From positions 310,001 through 374,000 of the forward strand of contig CM121341.1 in assembly GCA_051530055.1 (NCBI GenBank): a stretch of DNA of 64,000 nt. The letters are read 5' to 3'. Origin of the DNA: Neoechinorhynchus agilis. Lineage: Eukaryota > Animalia > Acanthocephala. A program made the translations under genes and the position numbers. The notes beneath the pieces are model-generated. The model was not told where the DNA came from. It worked only from the letters and a program-made list of their open reading frames with translations, and made no database searches. Positions 1 to 11,350 of this stretch are shown here, piece after piece. The number at the start of each line of letters is the position of its first letter. The first letter of the stretch is position 1.

Positions 1-918
1 AACTATGCTATCCAGCTTTATTTATTGATCTGGATAACTCGCGCATTTGTTGAACTCCTTAGCCCGTGTTTCAAGACGGTTCAAATGATGCCGCCGTTTT
101 ACCCGCATTATCTTCTCGAACATCCGACTATCGATGAACAAGCCTAACAGTGAGTGAAACAACACCGAAAGAATCCAACGATGCTGGCGATTACGTCATT
201 GGAATGCTCAATTTTAGTTTAAAAACTCAACCTCAACCGACCGTTGCCTGCAAAGGCAATTTGACCACCACATAGATATGTGCTCTTGCAAACTCATCCA
301 ATGTCAATTCACCAATATCGACAAAGTCAGCAGGTGAAGTTCAACGCGTCTGCGGCAGAGGCAAAGTCATGCAGAGCGTCAGCCAACAAATTGCGATGTA
401 CGCTGCAGTACACATACACGAGTGTGTGTATGTACCAGCAGATAACACATCTGAATTGCCAAGACCGAACCTTATGCGTACCCATTTGCTTTTCAATGTG
501 CAGTTTCACGTACTATTTAACTTGCTTTTCAAAGTCCTTTTCAACTTTCCCTCACGGTACTTCTTCGCTATCGGCACCGCCGTCATATTTAGTTTTGTAT
601 GGAGTTTACCACACATATTTGAATTGCAATCTCAAACAATTCGACTCACAAATCAGTTCTAGGGAACAGTAGTCAAGGCGTAGAAAATACGGGACTATCA
701 CCCTCTTCGGCCAAAGCCGTATTCAACCTGGACTTATTACCACGCAACTGAACCCACAAACTGATCGTACACCACAATTCGCAGCTGACAAGTCAGCGCG
801 ATTCAGTTATGAACTATTCCCTGTTCATTCGCCATTACTATGGGAATACCTGTTGGTTTCTTTTCTTCCGCTTATTGATATGCTTAAGTTCAGCGGATTC
901 TCCCATCCGAACTGAGAA
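1..918 (-). rRNA. 28S: 28S (LSU) rRNA, 5' part (D1-D2 region), runs off the window start
   Basis: Reverse complements of conserved LSU motifs: CTCCTTAGCCCGTGTTTCAAGACGG (55-79) and CCGCTTATTGATATGCTTAAGTTCAGCGG (~868-896, ITS4 primer site). Confidence 0.97.
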
Positions 919-1262
919 CGTGACTTTCATGCCAATTCTGCCAATAAAAGTATGATGCAACAACGTGTACTCTCCTCATCTTACACAACTCATCATCATC
1001 TACTCGAAAGTAGAACGCACGATCAATATTTAACCGACTCAAATACCTTCACAATTATTGAACCCTTTCACCGTCAACAGTATTGATTCACGTGTTGCAT
1101 AACTATATTAGCAGTGGCATCTCTGCAATAATTTTTTCTCGTTTACCTTATCTTAGTTTCCTGCGCGTCACCCAGAGGCAAACGCAGTAACCGTAAAGTC
1201 AATGGCAACGATCAGAAGATCAATTTCCATTGACATTCACCCACACTTGCTCACTTTAGCAT
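919..1262 (-). other. ITS2
   Basis: Lies between the 28S 5' end and the 5.8S 3' end; boundaries approximate. Confidence 0.85.
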
Positions 1263-1421
1263 TAAACGTTACTCAGTCGGATGTGGCTGCGAATATTGTA
1301 TTCACAGTCGCCATTTGCGTTCGAACATTTTCCGTTCCAGGAGATCTGTATTTCGCGGAACTTATCGCACTTTGCGGCGTTCTTCATCGAACGACGGTCC
1401 AAGTGATCCACCGCACACTGT
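1263..1421 (-). rRNA. 5.8S: 5.8S rRNA
   Basis: Minus strand reads GCGGTGGATCACTTGGACCGTCGTTCGATGAAGAACGCCGC, the 5.8S core, and has the expected ~155 nt length. Confidence 0.95.
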
Positions 1422-1776
1422 GTGTATTTATATATATTAACATCATGCCTTCGAACGTGCGCATCTTGTGCACACGTACGCGACCACACCATCATGACCT
1501 TTGGTTTACAAAGACTCACGATGACGACGACCACCACGACCACAACTGTCTCTACGTCACTACCAAGATCCCACTGTTTTTTGAATATAGTCACAACTGT
1601 GACGATTACAAGCGCGTATTCAACCACGTTGCCAGCTCATGACGATAGTCAACGACCACCTTTTTCAATTTAACTTGTCTACGTTGATACCACCACCACC
1701 ACGCTCCTCTTAAAAGAAACGTGGCACGCGTGTTATGTGTGTGGCAACACTTTTGAAGGTGCTACCTATCTCTCTG

Positions 1777-1777
<1 letters not shown>
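1422..1777 (-). other. ITS1
   Basis: Lies between 5.8S and the 18S 3' end; contains short GAC/CAC runs. Confidence 0.85.
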
Positions 1778-1824
<47 letters not shown>

Positions 1825-1918
1825 GTCCTCTAAATGGTTAAGTTCGGTAAACTTTTAGATTTCGCAGTGGCACTTGTGGCACCATGCAATCTATCCGAAA
1901 ACCTCACTAAACCATTCG

Positions 1919-1962
<44 letters not shown>

Positions 1963-3410
1963 GTCAACGCGAAATAATGATTCACGCTTACTAGGAATTC
2001 CTCTTTCACGAAGAATAATTACAATCTCCGATCCCAATCGTGAGGGCCATTTATGATTCCCTGTTCCTTTCGAAACAGGAATGCCTTTTGAAGTCTCCAT
2101 TGTAGCGCGCGTGCAGCCCCGAACATCTAAGGGCATCACAGACCTGTTATTGCTCAACTTCGATTGCCTCACGACACTTGTCCCTCTAAGAAGCGTTTTG
2201 ACGGCGTTACCACTCAATAACAAGAATGATATGAGGGCTTGCTCGTCACATCAATTAATAGGCTAGAGTCTCGTTCGTTATCGGAATAAACCAGACAAAT
2301 CACTCCACCAACTACGAACGGCCATGCACCACCACCCACCGAATCAAGAAAGAGCTGTCAACCTGTCAATCCTCACGGTCTTCGGACCGAGTAAGTTTTC
2401 GTGCGTTGAGTCAAATTGAGCCGCAGGCTCCACTTCTGGTGTGCCCCTCCGTCAATTCCTTTAAGTTTCGATTTTGCAACCATACTCCCCCCGGAACCCA
2501 ATAACTTTGGTTTCCCGCGGGGTGCCTGGCGATGTTTTGTTGTTGCAAGCGCCAGATGCCCAGTTGGCATAGTTTATAGTTAGAACTAGGACGGTATCTA
2601 ATCGTCTTCGGAACTCTAACTTTCGTTCTTGATTAAAGAAAACATTCTTGGCAAATGCTTTCGCAGTTGTACGTCCTGCGGTGATCATCGAATTTCACCT
2701 CTAACACCACAATACGAATGCCCACGTTTATCCCTATCAATCATTAACTCGGCTTCCGGAAACCAACGAAACAGAACCAAGGTCCTATCTCATTATTCCA
2801 TGCAACAGTATTCAAGCAAGTCGCTTGCGTTAAGCACGCTAATTTTCTCAAAGTAGTTAATCGCCTTCCCTTTAAAGTGCACCTCCCAAACTTAATTGGG
2901 TCTTCGACGACGCAGGAGCAGCGAAATTAAAGAAGTGAATCTGGTGCAATGCTATACACGTCATTTTGTGACATGACAGCGCACAGTTCATCTCCTGACT
3001 CCCAACTACGAGCTTTTTAACCGCAGCAAATTTAACCTACGCTATTCGAGCTGGAATTACCGCGGCTGCTGGCACCAGAACTTGCCCTCCAATCGATCCT
3101 CGATAAAGGATTTTGATTGTTCTCATTCCAATTGCCGAATCCGAAGATTACGGCATCGTTATTTTTCGTCACTACCTCCCAAATCTGGGATTGGGTAATT
3201 TGCGCGGATGCTGCCTTCCTTGGATGTGACAGACGTTTCTCATACTCTCTATCTGCAATCGAACCCTGATTCCCCGTTTCCCGTTACGACCATGGAAGTC
3301 GTGTAAACTACCAACGATAGCTGTTAGGGAAGACACTTGAAAGACACGTCACCTGCCTAATAAGGCAATGCAATCAGCATACTTTAGCCAGTCAGCTCAA
3401 TCTGACGTCC
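1778..3410 (-). rRNA. 18S: 18S (SSU) rRNA, highly divergent, lacking roughly the first 250 nt
   Basis: TGATCCTTCCGCAGGTTCACCTACGGAAACCTTGTTACGACTT at 1778, GACGGGCGGTGTGTACAAAGGGCAGGGAC (~1932), GAATTACCGCGGCTGCTGGCACC (~3055); similarity ends near 3410. Confidence 0.97.
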
Positions 3411-3429
3411 TAAGACGTCATTGGCTCGA

Positions 3430-4320
3430 CTCATCACCAGAATCATTCCACCACTCCGATCTCTTTCCTCCCGTTTCACCCGTCACAACACTTCCCACTC
3501 AACTGAGTATATCCCCAAACCACAACCAAACTATTGTCAAGGATCCCTTACCAGCTCCCAGCAGCCCGTTAATTTCACATCTAATTAATGACAAAAAGCG
3601 TGACCTGGTTCCGTATAAGGCCAACCAATTTTTTTGTGACAACCCAAACATGTCATCCACACCAGGAAATGATAAATCGTCTCTGGACCCTCGACCTAAC
3701 TCAATCCCGATTATCAAACCTCCAGTTCAGACTCATATTACCTCTATCACATCCACTCTCCATGCAGCGCCTTCTTATTCCGCTCGTCGACTTCCGTCCT
3801 TTCAAGACTAAGCTCGCTTCTCAACCACGTCTACCCTTCAGCCTCCCTCTCAGCAGATTTTACCGGAGATAACACCTCCCTCACCGAAATCTTTTCGCGC
3901 ACCACAAAATCGTCCGCTTAACAAATCGAGGGTTGTTCCTAACACGTCCGGCCTTCTCCCTGGCCACGCCCAACACAAACATAAGAAATATTATCCATCT
4001 CACGATCTCTTCATCTCCGGTATTCCTGAAGTTCCTGAATGTCCAATTTCTAGCCGTTTCAATGCGTTGAAACACAATCTGCTACATCTCAACGAAATTA
4101 CGAGTACGCTCTTCCCTTATAACAACATTCCGGCACCTGCATCTGTTCACCGTATCCCATCAAATAATCCAGCGGACTCTCGTCCACACCTTCTAAAAGT
4201 TAGCTCTCACCTTCGTGACACTGCCTCTGCCTACATCTCCAACCGCTTTCTTTTACTAAAATCACCCCTCCCATACCGGATATTTCCAGCCCGAAAGTCA
4301 ATAAATAAGTTATCGTCCGT
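3430..4320 (+). mobile_element. CR1/L2-like LINE ORF1 fragment abutting the truncated 18S
   Basis: LFISGIPE motif (~4010-4035) matches the ORF1 region of the LINE at 32460-32530; similar C-rich composition. Confidence 0.55.
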
Positions 4321-4324
4321 TCAA

Positions 4325-5509
4325 CACACGCCTTCTCCTGCAATGTCAACAATGCGAGCCTTCCATGGTGTTGACTGGAAAATCCAAAATCAAATTGATT
4401 AGTGATCATATGAATAAGAAGCACAAGCAAGCTGTAGGACGGGTGTGGCATCCGTGGTTTAAGAAACGATTCGATCGGCTCAATCGGACTTCATTTTAAG
4501 ATATGCTCTATTCGACAACCTGCAAAGACGAAGGCCTAAATTGATGAAAACACAATTGTCAAAGTCGCGCCCATTTCAGGAAAACACGGACTTGTCATTG
4601 CAACGAAGGAAACAGATGGGCCGCTTGAGTGCAAGCAATGCCGTGTGAGCAAGTGGAGAGCCAAATAATGTGGAACATGTTGAACATGTTGAGATCAGCC
4701 AACCTCAGTCTATGGAGGATAACGCAATTGAACTAATCAATGATCAAGACCGATGCCTCCCCTTTGACCAAGAATCAGTTGGCTTTGCAGGTGACGTGGA
4801 ACCGGCCGGCCATGAAAGCTCCATGATGAGTACGCTACAATCTTGTGCTACGAGTGAATGCGATACTTATGCACTTGACTGTTTTGTCGAGCCAACAGTT
4901 TTTACTGTTGCCGAGGCGTATCCTCGATGCCGCAGTTACCTCGAGAATGAGCGACGTGTCTTAAGACACAATGAAGGTCCACCGAATGGTGATTTTGTGG
5001 ATGCGGCAGCGTCGTGGTAGCACTCAAGTGCCTACTACCTCCAGGGCGAGGGAGATGGGCCGGAGGAACATTAAGCTAAGCAGAGGTCCTCGTCAGGCAC
5101 TTTGTGCGATCACTTACCATGTACTGGGCAACCCTTCGTTATGGAAAAAGGTATCTACGAAGGCCTTGACGGAGGTACAGAGCAACATGGAGTACTATCA
5201 AAAGGTCGCACTTAGCATCTCGGACGCGAATGTACCACTAGAAGTTCACCTCGGTGGATTCCAAAAAGGAACGGTAGTATCTACATTGTTTGTAATGTTC
5301 GCTGCTGCCGCAGCATACTCCTGCGATTTCACGGTCCACTCAGCCTTCGATAAGAATGAACGTCGAATTTTTTGCCCTGGATCTGAGGATAAAATGCATG
5401 GAACACAATTCAAATAAATGAAGAATCAGCTATAAAGAAATATGGAAAAAAATTGATCAAAGGTATTAAACCCGTGTGAAACAACATATCTCCAAAATAA
5501 ATGCATGCC
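4325..5509 (+). mobile_element. Internally deleted R2-family element (copy A): zinc-finger remnants, OTU-like region, 3'UTR; no RT
   Basis: CQQCEPSMVLTGKSKIKLISDHMNKKH and IVKVAPISGKHGLVIATKETDGPLECKQC match 35890-36000 and 38620-38710; ORF 4971-5417 is homologous to 42119-42495; immediately followed by the 28S R2 target TAGCCAAATGCC at 5510. Confidence 0.85.
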
Positions 5510-5541
<32 letters not shown>

Positions 5542-5972
5542 TGTTGAATCATACGCCACAGTCAAAACGCAGGTGTGAAGGGGCATCTGCGTATGAGATC
5601 GTGGTGGATGAGCTAATCATCAATAATCTCCATCCAAGATACAGAAGTTTTCTTGAGATTTAGGGAGATTTTCTCGGCCGATCGCAAAGCTCCATTGACA
5701 GGGAAAAATACGTTTGCAATTATTTTCAAAAAATTACTCACGTTCATTGAGGCTCCAAGGTGCCATCACGGGTCCTCGGTACAAAGGTTAAAACAAACCA
5801 TCAGCTCCACAATCGCTCAATTCATCAGCGAACAAAACAGAGCGATGCGCGGAATGTACAAGCAGCAATAAGAAACAGACGGCGATTTGCAATGTACAAA
5901 AAACGGAAGAAATATAGTCCGTGAAATTATTTGGCGCACGTTTAAATTTTAATCTTCATTTTTTAATTGAAA
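5393..5972 (+). repeat. 580-bp segment duplicated in inverted orientation at 16709-17288
   Basis: Reads as the reverse complement of 16709-17288 with no differences spotted by eye. Confidence 0.92.
5510..5570 (+). rRNA. 28S: 28S fragment downstream of the R2 site, internally deleted
   Basis: TAGCCAAATGCCTCGTCATCTAATTAGTGACGTG (5510-5543), then CCACAGTCAA, which lies further downstream in the intact copy at 45178-45322. Confidence 0.85.
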
Positions 5973-7404
5973 AAAAACATATCTTTGAACTTTTCTCTCA
6001 CTTGGGAGGTTGTTCTTTTCAGTAATGTTGGCTTTCGTCTCTGTTCTTCTTTCCGAGCGTCATGAGAAAAACAATTTGTTAAGAGAAGCCATGTAGTCTG
6101 CTTTCTCGAAGTGCTTTCAAATTAAGAACGATTTTATTCGTTTTCTAAAGTGTTTTTTAATGTTCATTATTGAATTGACGGACAGTTTTAAGTCTCTTCA
6201 AATGAAAATTTACAATCGATTTTTAAAGCTGTTGGCATAAAAAATTCAATCAGATGGATTAGTTGGTTCTGTAATTAGAAACGTTAAAAACCACCGCGCT
6301 TTAAAAAGAATACAGCATCAAAAAATTTGCAACCTAACTTATCCACGGAGAATGACAAACGACCACCTTATCTTATAAACGTTCACTAACGAACTTTCAT
6401 TGCGAAAAAGCTACATAACTTTATTATCTCTCACTACTTTAACAACACCCGCCGTCAACGATTCCACCACCGCCGTCAACGATGCCACCACCGCCGACAA
6501 CGATGCCACCACCGCTGTCCCCTCGCTTCGCTCCGGCCGAAATCGATCAGACGACCAATCCCACATCAATCACCAGCACCGCTTCCTCTACGCAAGGCGA
6601 CGAAGTACCGACCACCCCGAAGTCACCGCCCAAAGCCAAGCAATCAGACGATGAATATTGCGAAGAATCAGATTCACCTCCCAGCCCTATACCTCCAAGA
6701 AGGCTCAGGACGATCTCAGCATCGGATAGGTTTTGTCGAAATTCCAAATTTCATCATAATGTGTTCAAATCGCCTACAATCGACGCTGGTGACGCAGATA
6801 ATTTAAACGCGCCACTTATCGATCACGTTCAACCTGAGAAGACCAACGCCGCCGGGCTCCCACGCGTCTCTACTGGTTTGTGTCCGGTTTGCGGTAAGTC
6901 TTTTAAATTAACCAATCTGGGGTTTTTTTGTCCATGGTCCCCAGGATCTCCGCTGTAGTGGGTCTGGTTCTCCACCACAATTAACCGAACCTTTTGTGCC
7001 TGAGACCCCTCAGATCACCACTGATTCTATTTCGATAGCTGATATCGTGCGGTTTCTGCCCAGGAACGTCCTGAAACGGATCCCTAAAGGCGCGCGATAT
7101 CTGGTCGCCAAAGCATTTACGTGATTGCTCAACGATTGCCTGCAAACGAGCTGTGCGCCTTCATGGACACGGCTCTTCGCTTTCCCGCGCTTTGTCCTCT
7201 GCACCAGCGATGATTCTGGGATGTCTTTGACATCAACAATCAAGGAAAGGTTTGCCTCCTATGAACAAATATTTAACAATTTTGAAAGGAATCTCCGCGA
7301 GGTTCGTAAGGGACGCACGAAGGAAGAGTTTCGCTGCCGTTTTCCAAAACGATCACTGACTGAGCGTGTCTCTTCGAAGCTTGCGGACGGGGATGTTCGG
7401 GGGC

Positions 7405-8395
7405 TCCTGACCAGGCCCAGCTGCCAGTACCACGCCGTCATCACACCGAGGTTCAACTCGGTTGCTCGACATCAGGCCCAGGGCAGCATCGTGACACGCG
7501 GACCTCCTTGCTCAACGCAACAAGGAAGCAGCGTTCGCCAATGTCACCGATGCCTCAGCACTGGCAGTCGGCGCAGCCCACAAGCAACGGACCAAAGACG
7601 GCACCTGGAAGTTCTATCCTTCAGCAGGAAGCTTTACGATGCTGAGACGCGATAAAGCACCTAGGACAAGGTGCTTCAAACATGTCCTGGCACTTGAATC
7701 ACCGATCCGGTGACGCCCCCGGTACCTCCTCTCAAGCAACAGACGACTCGCTGCGGTCGTCAGGTCAAAAGACCGGCACGTCTCCAGGACGAAACGGATT
7801 AGTGCGGCGACACTGGAGGGGAGGTATGTGGCGGCGACTTCTTTCACATGAATGGCGAGCAGCCGTAAGAAGTTTCCTTTCGCCGAAAGAAGCAAGGACG
7901 ACACACATTTGACCAATGTAGAGAATAATAATAAAATACTTCGTCCGTACAACGTGACGCCGCTAAATTGTTGACCTCGACGAGACCGGCCTGGTCAGCG
8001 TCCTGACCAGGCTCAGCTGCCAGTAACACGCCGTCATCACACCGAGGTTCAACTCGGTTGCTCGACATCGGGTCCAGCGCAGCGTCGTGACACGCGGACC
8101 TCCTTGCTCAACCCAACAAGGAAGCAGCGTTCGCCAATGTCACCGATGCCTCAGCACTGGCAGTCGACGCAGCCCACAAACAACGGACCAAAGACGGCAC
8201 CTGGTAGTTCTATCCTTCAGCAGGATGTTTTACGATGCGGAGACGCGATAAAGCACCTTCGACAAGGTGCTTCAAACATGTCCTGTACCACAAATCACTG
8301 ATTCGGTGCTGCCCCCGGTACCGCCTCTCAAGCGACAGACGACTAGCTGCGGTCGTCAAATCAAAAGACCGGCACGTTTCCAGGACGGAACGGAA
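7405..8395 (+). mobile_element. Ty3/gypsy 3' remnants inserted into the CRE RT: two ~390-bp direct copies flanking a PPT and partial LTR
   Basis: 7405-7797 repeats at 8000-8393; encodes TRCGRQVKRPARLQD, typical of pol C-termini; purine tract GGAGGGGAGG followed by TGTGG at ~7828. Confidence 0.65.
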
Positions 8396-9401
8396 ACTTT
8401 TGCAAATGGTTCGGGTCACGGACTTGTCCTTTTCAACTGGTGAAGCAGCTCTCTCTAGAAAGTGCGCTTTCTCGAATAGTCGACCGCCTGACTGGAGAGG
8501 ACCTGAACCCCGTTGCAAAGGACCTATTTTTCGGAGCCTCATTGTGTGCGCTCACAAAAAAAGAAGGTGGGATCCGTCGCGGACTTGCAGGAAAATTCTC
8601 TGTAAACGTATCACAGATAAAAGCGGGCAGCAATTTCGCCCAGTCCAACTGGACTGCTGCACATCCTGCGGGCGGAAGCTATTGTCCACTCGCTCCGAAA
8701 CTTTGCTACGAGAAGCTCAAAGCCGTGCGTGATTCTTAAGTGCGATTTTCGGAACGCCTTTAACTCTCTCAATAGAGAAAGCATGTTCTGCGCAATTAGG
8801 GATCACGCACCAGAAGCTTTCCAGTATTTTCTCAATGCCTACGGGACGGCGACTCCTTTGCTTTTCGAAGACCACCTCATTTGGTCCGAAAGAGGAGTGC
8901 AGCAAGGAGATCCCCTCGGTCCAATCGCATTCTCCCTAACAGTAAATCCAATAGCGCATTCTCTCCATTCCAGCTTCAACGCTTGGTACTTGGATTACGC
9001 TACGCTCGGAGGTGATCCCTCCATTGTACTGCGCGATTTGGAGACGCTGATTAGGGAGACCTCGAAGATGGGCATTGAGCTTAATGCTGGAAAATGTTAG
9101 CTCCTTGTACTGAATATTGGAGACGCCGCTAAAGTCAAAGAACTAATGGCTGGGTTCGAGGCCGTAGCTCCAGGCCTGAAACTCGTGACTCGGGAACAAC
9201 TCAACCTCCTGGGCAGTTGCGTCTTCGATTCAAATGTGGAAGATGAGATCGGCCATATCATACCGAAACTTTCGTTGCTGTGCCATAGGGTGTGCGCTCT
9301 CTCGGCTCATGAAGCCTTGTTTCTCATAAAGAACGCGCTCTTCATCCCCAAATTATTGTACAAGGTTCGCACAGCAACATTTTTCAAACACAAAAAAAGG
9401 A

Positions 9402-10450
9402 TTGGCAAAGCTGGACGATAAGGTGAGGGCATGCCTCGAGCGTATTTTAAATGTCCAGCTCTCAGATGAGACGTGGCGACAAGCTTCTTTGCCTGTGTCA
9501 TCCGGGGGATTGGGAATTCGGGCACTAGTCGACCTTGCTTTGCCGGCCTTTCTTGGATCGTTTGAGGGGAGCCTACCAGTCTCGAAGAACATTTTGAAGG
9601 AAAAGTTCTGTCTTGACCGGGATTTCGTGGTGTCGGTGGTTGAGGAATGGTGCCAGCAGACAGGCGCTAACCATGTTCCCGTGAATGGCTTCAGACAGTC
9701 GATCTGGGACGGACCTCTTTTCGCGAGAGCTCACAGCACTCTACTTTCCGGTTCTCGCGATGGGGTCGTCCGAGCTAGACTGTTGGCAGTTTCAACACGA
9801 GAATCTGGGGCGTGGTTGGAGGCTGTTCCTCTGGCATCAGTGGGAACTCTTCTTACTGACGAGGTAACAAGGATCGCAGTATCCTTAAGACTTGGTCTCC
9901 CGATATGCACGCCCCATCGCTGTCGATGTGGGTCTTTGGTTGATGCTTTCGGGCGACACGGTCTCGTCTGCAGAAGGTCAGCAGGAAGGTTCTCACGCCA
10001 TTCTGAAATCAATAACGCAATTTCTCGGGCGTTGAGAACGGCGAACTTTCCGAACATCCTGGATTCCGCACACCTCTGTAGACTAGACGGCCGTAGGCCC
10101 GATGCCACGTGTGTGGATACCCTCGCAGCCAGCAACATCCCCTACTCCCTCGAAATCGCCGGTGGTGCCGCCAGTGCAGCGGAAGGGAGGAAAATACGGA
10201 AATATCTTCGCTTATCGACGGCTCACTATTTTGTCCCCTTTGGGGTAGAGACGTATGGAGCACTCGGCAGCTCGGCACTCTCTCTCTGTTCCAGGATCTC
10301 TCGAAGAAATTGAGAAAGGCAACCGGAGACTCAAGAGCAGGCGTATTCCTTCGACAAAATATCTCGCTAGCAGTACAACGGGGCAATGCTGCCAGCGTGA
10401 TGGCGACGGTCGAGGAAGGACAAAAGCTGGAATTCGGCGGGAGGTGGTGA
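9402..10450 (+). pseudogene. CRE RT thumb and zinc knuckle/restriction-like endonuclease (frameshifted)
   Basis: ORFs 9402-10313 and 10109-10450: QASLPVSSGGLGIR, CCHC knuckle, RPD, AVQRGNAASV. Confidence 0.85.
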
Positions 10451-10504
10451 GTGTGTTAATTGTCGAGAAATGAAGATTGATTGAATACATTTACAAGATT
10501 AAAA

Positions 10505-10835
10505 AAGTCACGGAAAAAAGATCATAGTAAGGGCCAGGCATAGCATAAAAGCAATGACGCGAGTGAGTGCTTGTAAAGTTTGTCAGTCAAGGCACTCGGA
10601 ACAGCAAGAGAAGCTGAGGATTGAGCAGTGGGGAAGAAAGGGCGGAGGTACAGATTTGTGGGAGGAACTGAAGGATGAAAAATGTTGGGGTGACGAGTAT
10701 TGTAAGTGTGAGTAAAAGGAGAAATGTGTGGTAGAAAATGAGAAGGAGGAAGAGAGTAAAGGTGCTTTGAATGCTTTTAAAAGATTAGAGAGAGGTGTAT
10801 TTAAGGGCGCACCTCTTGTAAAAATTATTACGTTT
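10505..10835 (-). mobile_element. 3' fragment of the CR1/L2-like LINE
   Basis: Minus-strand translation THFSFYSHLQYSSPQHFSSFSSSHK matches 34013-34246 on the plus strand. Confidence 0.7.
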
Positions 10836-10837
10836 TT

Positions 10838-10965
10838 GGAATTATTGTTTAGGTCTACACCCGGTAAATGATTATTTATTAAAGACGTTTCAAACTTCAT
10901 CGGTATCATCATCAAACGTCTTAATAAATAATCATTTACCGGGTGTAGACCTAATCAATAATTCC
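10838..10965. repeat. Near-perfect ~52-bp inverted repeat (hairpin, 23-nt loop)
   Basis: 10838-10890 GGAATTATTGTTTAGGTCTACACCCGGTAAATGATTATTTATTAAAGACGTTT is the reverse complement of 10914-10965 with one mismatch and one indel. Confidence 0.92.
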
Positions 10966-11182
10966 AATGACATTCCCCGATACCTCAAATATCGACATTA
11001 AGTTTTTTGAATAGTTTAGAAGAAAAATTGCAGAAGGTTGGATATGCGTAGGTGAGCGTTGGTAGGAAGGGCGATTTATAAGCACTTGGTCAATAAAACG
11101 TTTCACCACCTAAGGGAAAAGTTTTTCACGGTTTCCAAAAAAAGCAATTTCATGTCTTTGTTGCTACCGGTCATTAAATATT

Positions 11183-11236
11183 TTATTTATTCGAAATATT
11201 TCGCGAAGTACCCTCGCCTCTTCAGTCATCTAAAAA
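11183..11236 (-). ncRNA. Candidate minimal type I hammerhead ribozyme in the Penelope 3' pseudo-LTR
   Basis: Minus strand: CTGAAGA-G-GCGAGG-GTA-CTTCGC-GAAA-TAT-T, i.e. CUGANGA core, 6-bp stem II, GAAA and a palindromic AUAU stem III. Confidence 0.6.
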
Positions 11237-11350
11237 TAGGTTTTCCATATTACGATTTTTGCTCGAGTGCGCGGGATCGCCAAACCCGAAGTTCAGGGAC
11301 CAATTATCCGCTCGAACCCCCTGCGCTGTGTTTCGTTTTTTGTTTTTCCA

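Larger units (their letters stand above)
6400..10485 (+). mobile_element. CRE-clade non-LTR retrotransposon, degenerate (stops and frameshifts)
   Basis: N-terminal CPVCGKSFK..HGP.DLRCSG finger; RT motifs FGASLCALTKKEGGIR, LKCDFRNAFNSL, GVQQGDPLGP, WYLDY; C-terminal CRCGSLVDAFGRHGLVC..RHSEIN..RRPD..FVPFGVETYG restriction-like endonuclease. Confidence 0.85.

Noticed and set aside
280-2856. Numerous short ORFs over the first 3 kb, and those at 30518-31268
   Set aside because: They overlap rRNA and ITS sequence and show no protein motifs
5510-5570. Insertion at +34, near the nematode R4 site
   Set aside because: 28S-like sequence (TGAAT, CCACAGTCAA) resumes after +34, so this is an internal deletion rather than a clean junction
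5653-5871. 72-aa ORF MRFREIF...MYKQQ, repeated at 16810 and 51009, as a small gene
   Set aside because: No domain, alternative start codons, different N-termini between copies; it spans a junction between repeats
6448-6515. 21-bp tandem repeat (three copies)
   Set aside because: Ordinary Pro-rich low-complexity coding repeat at the CRE N-terminus
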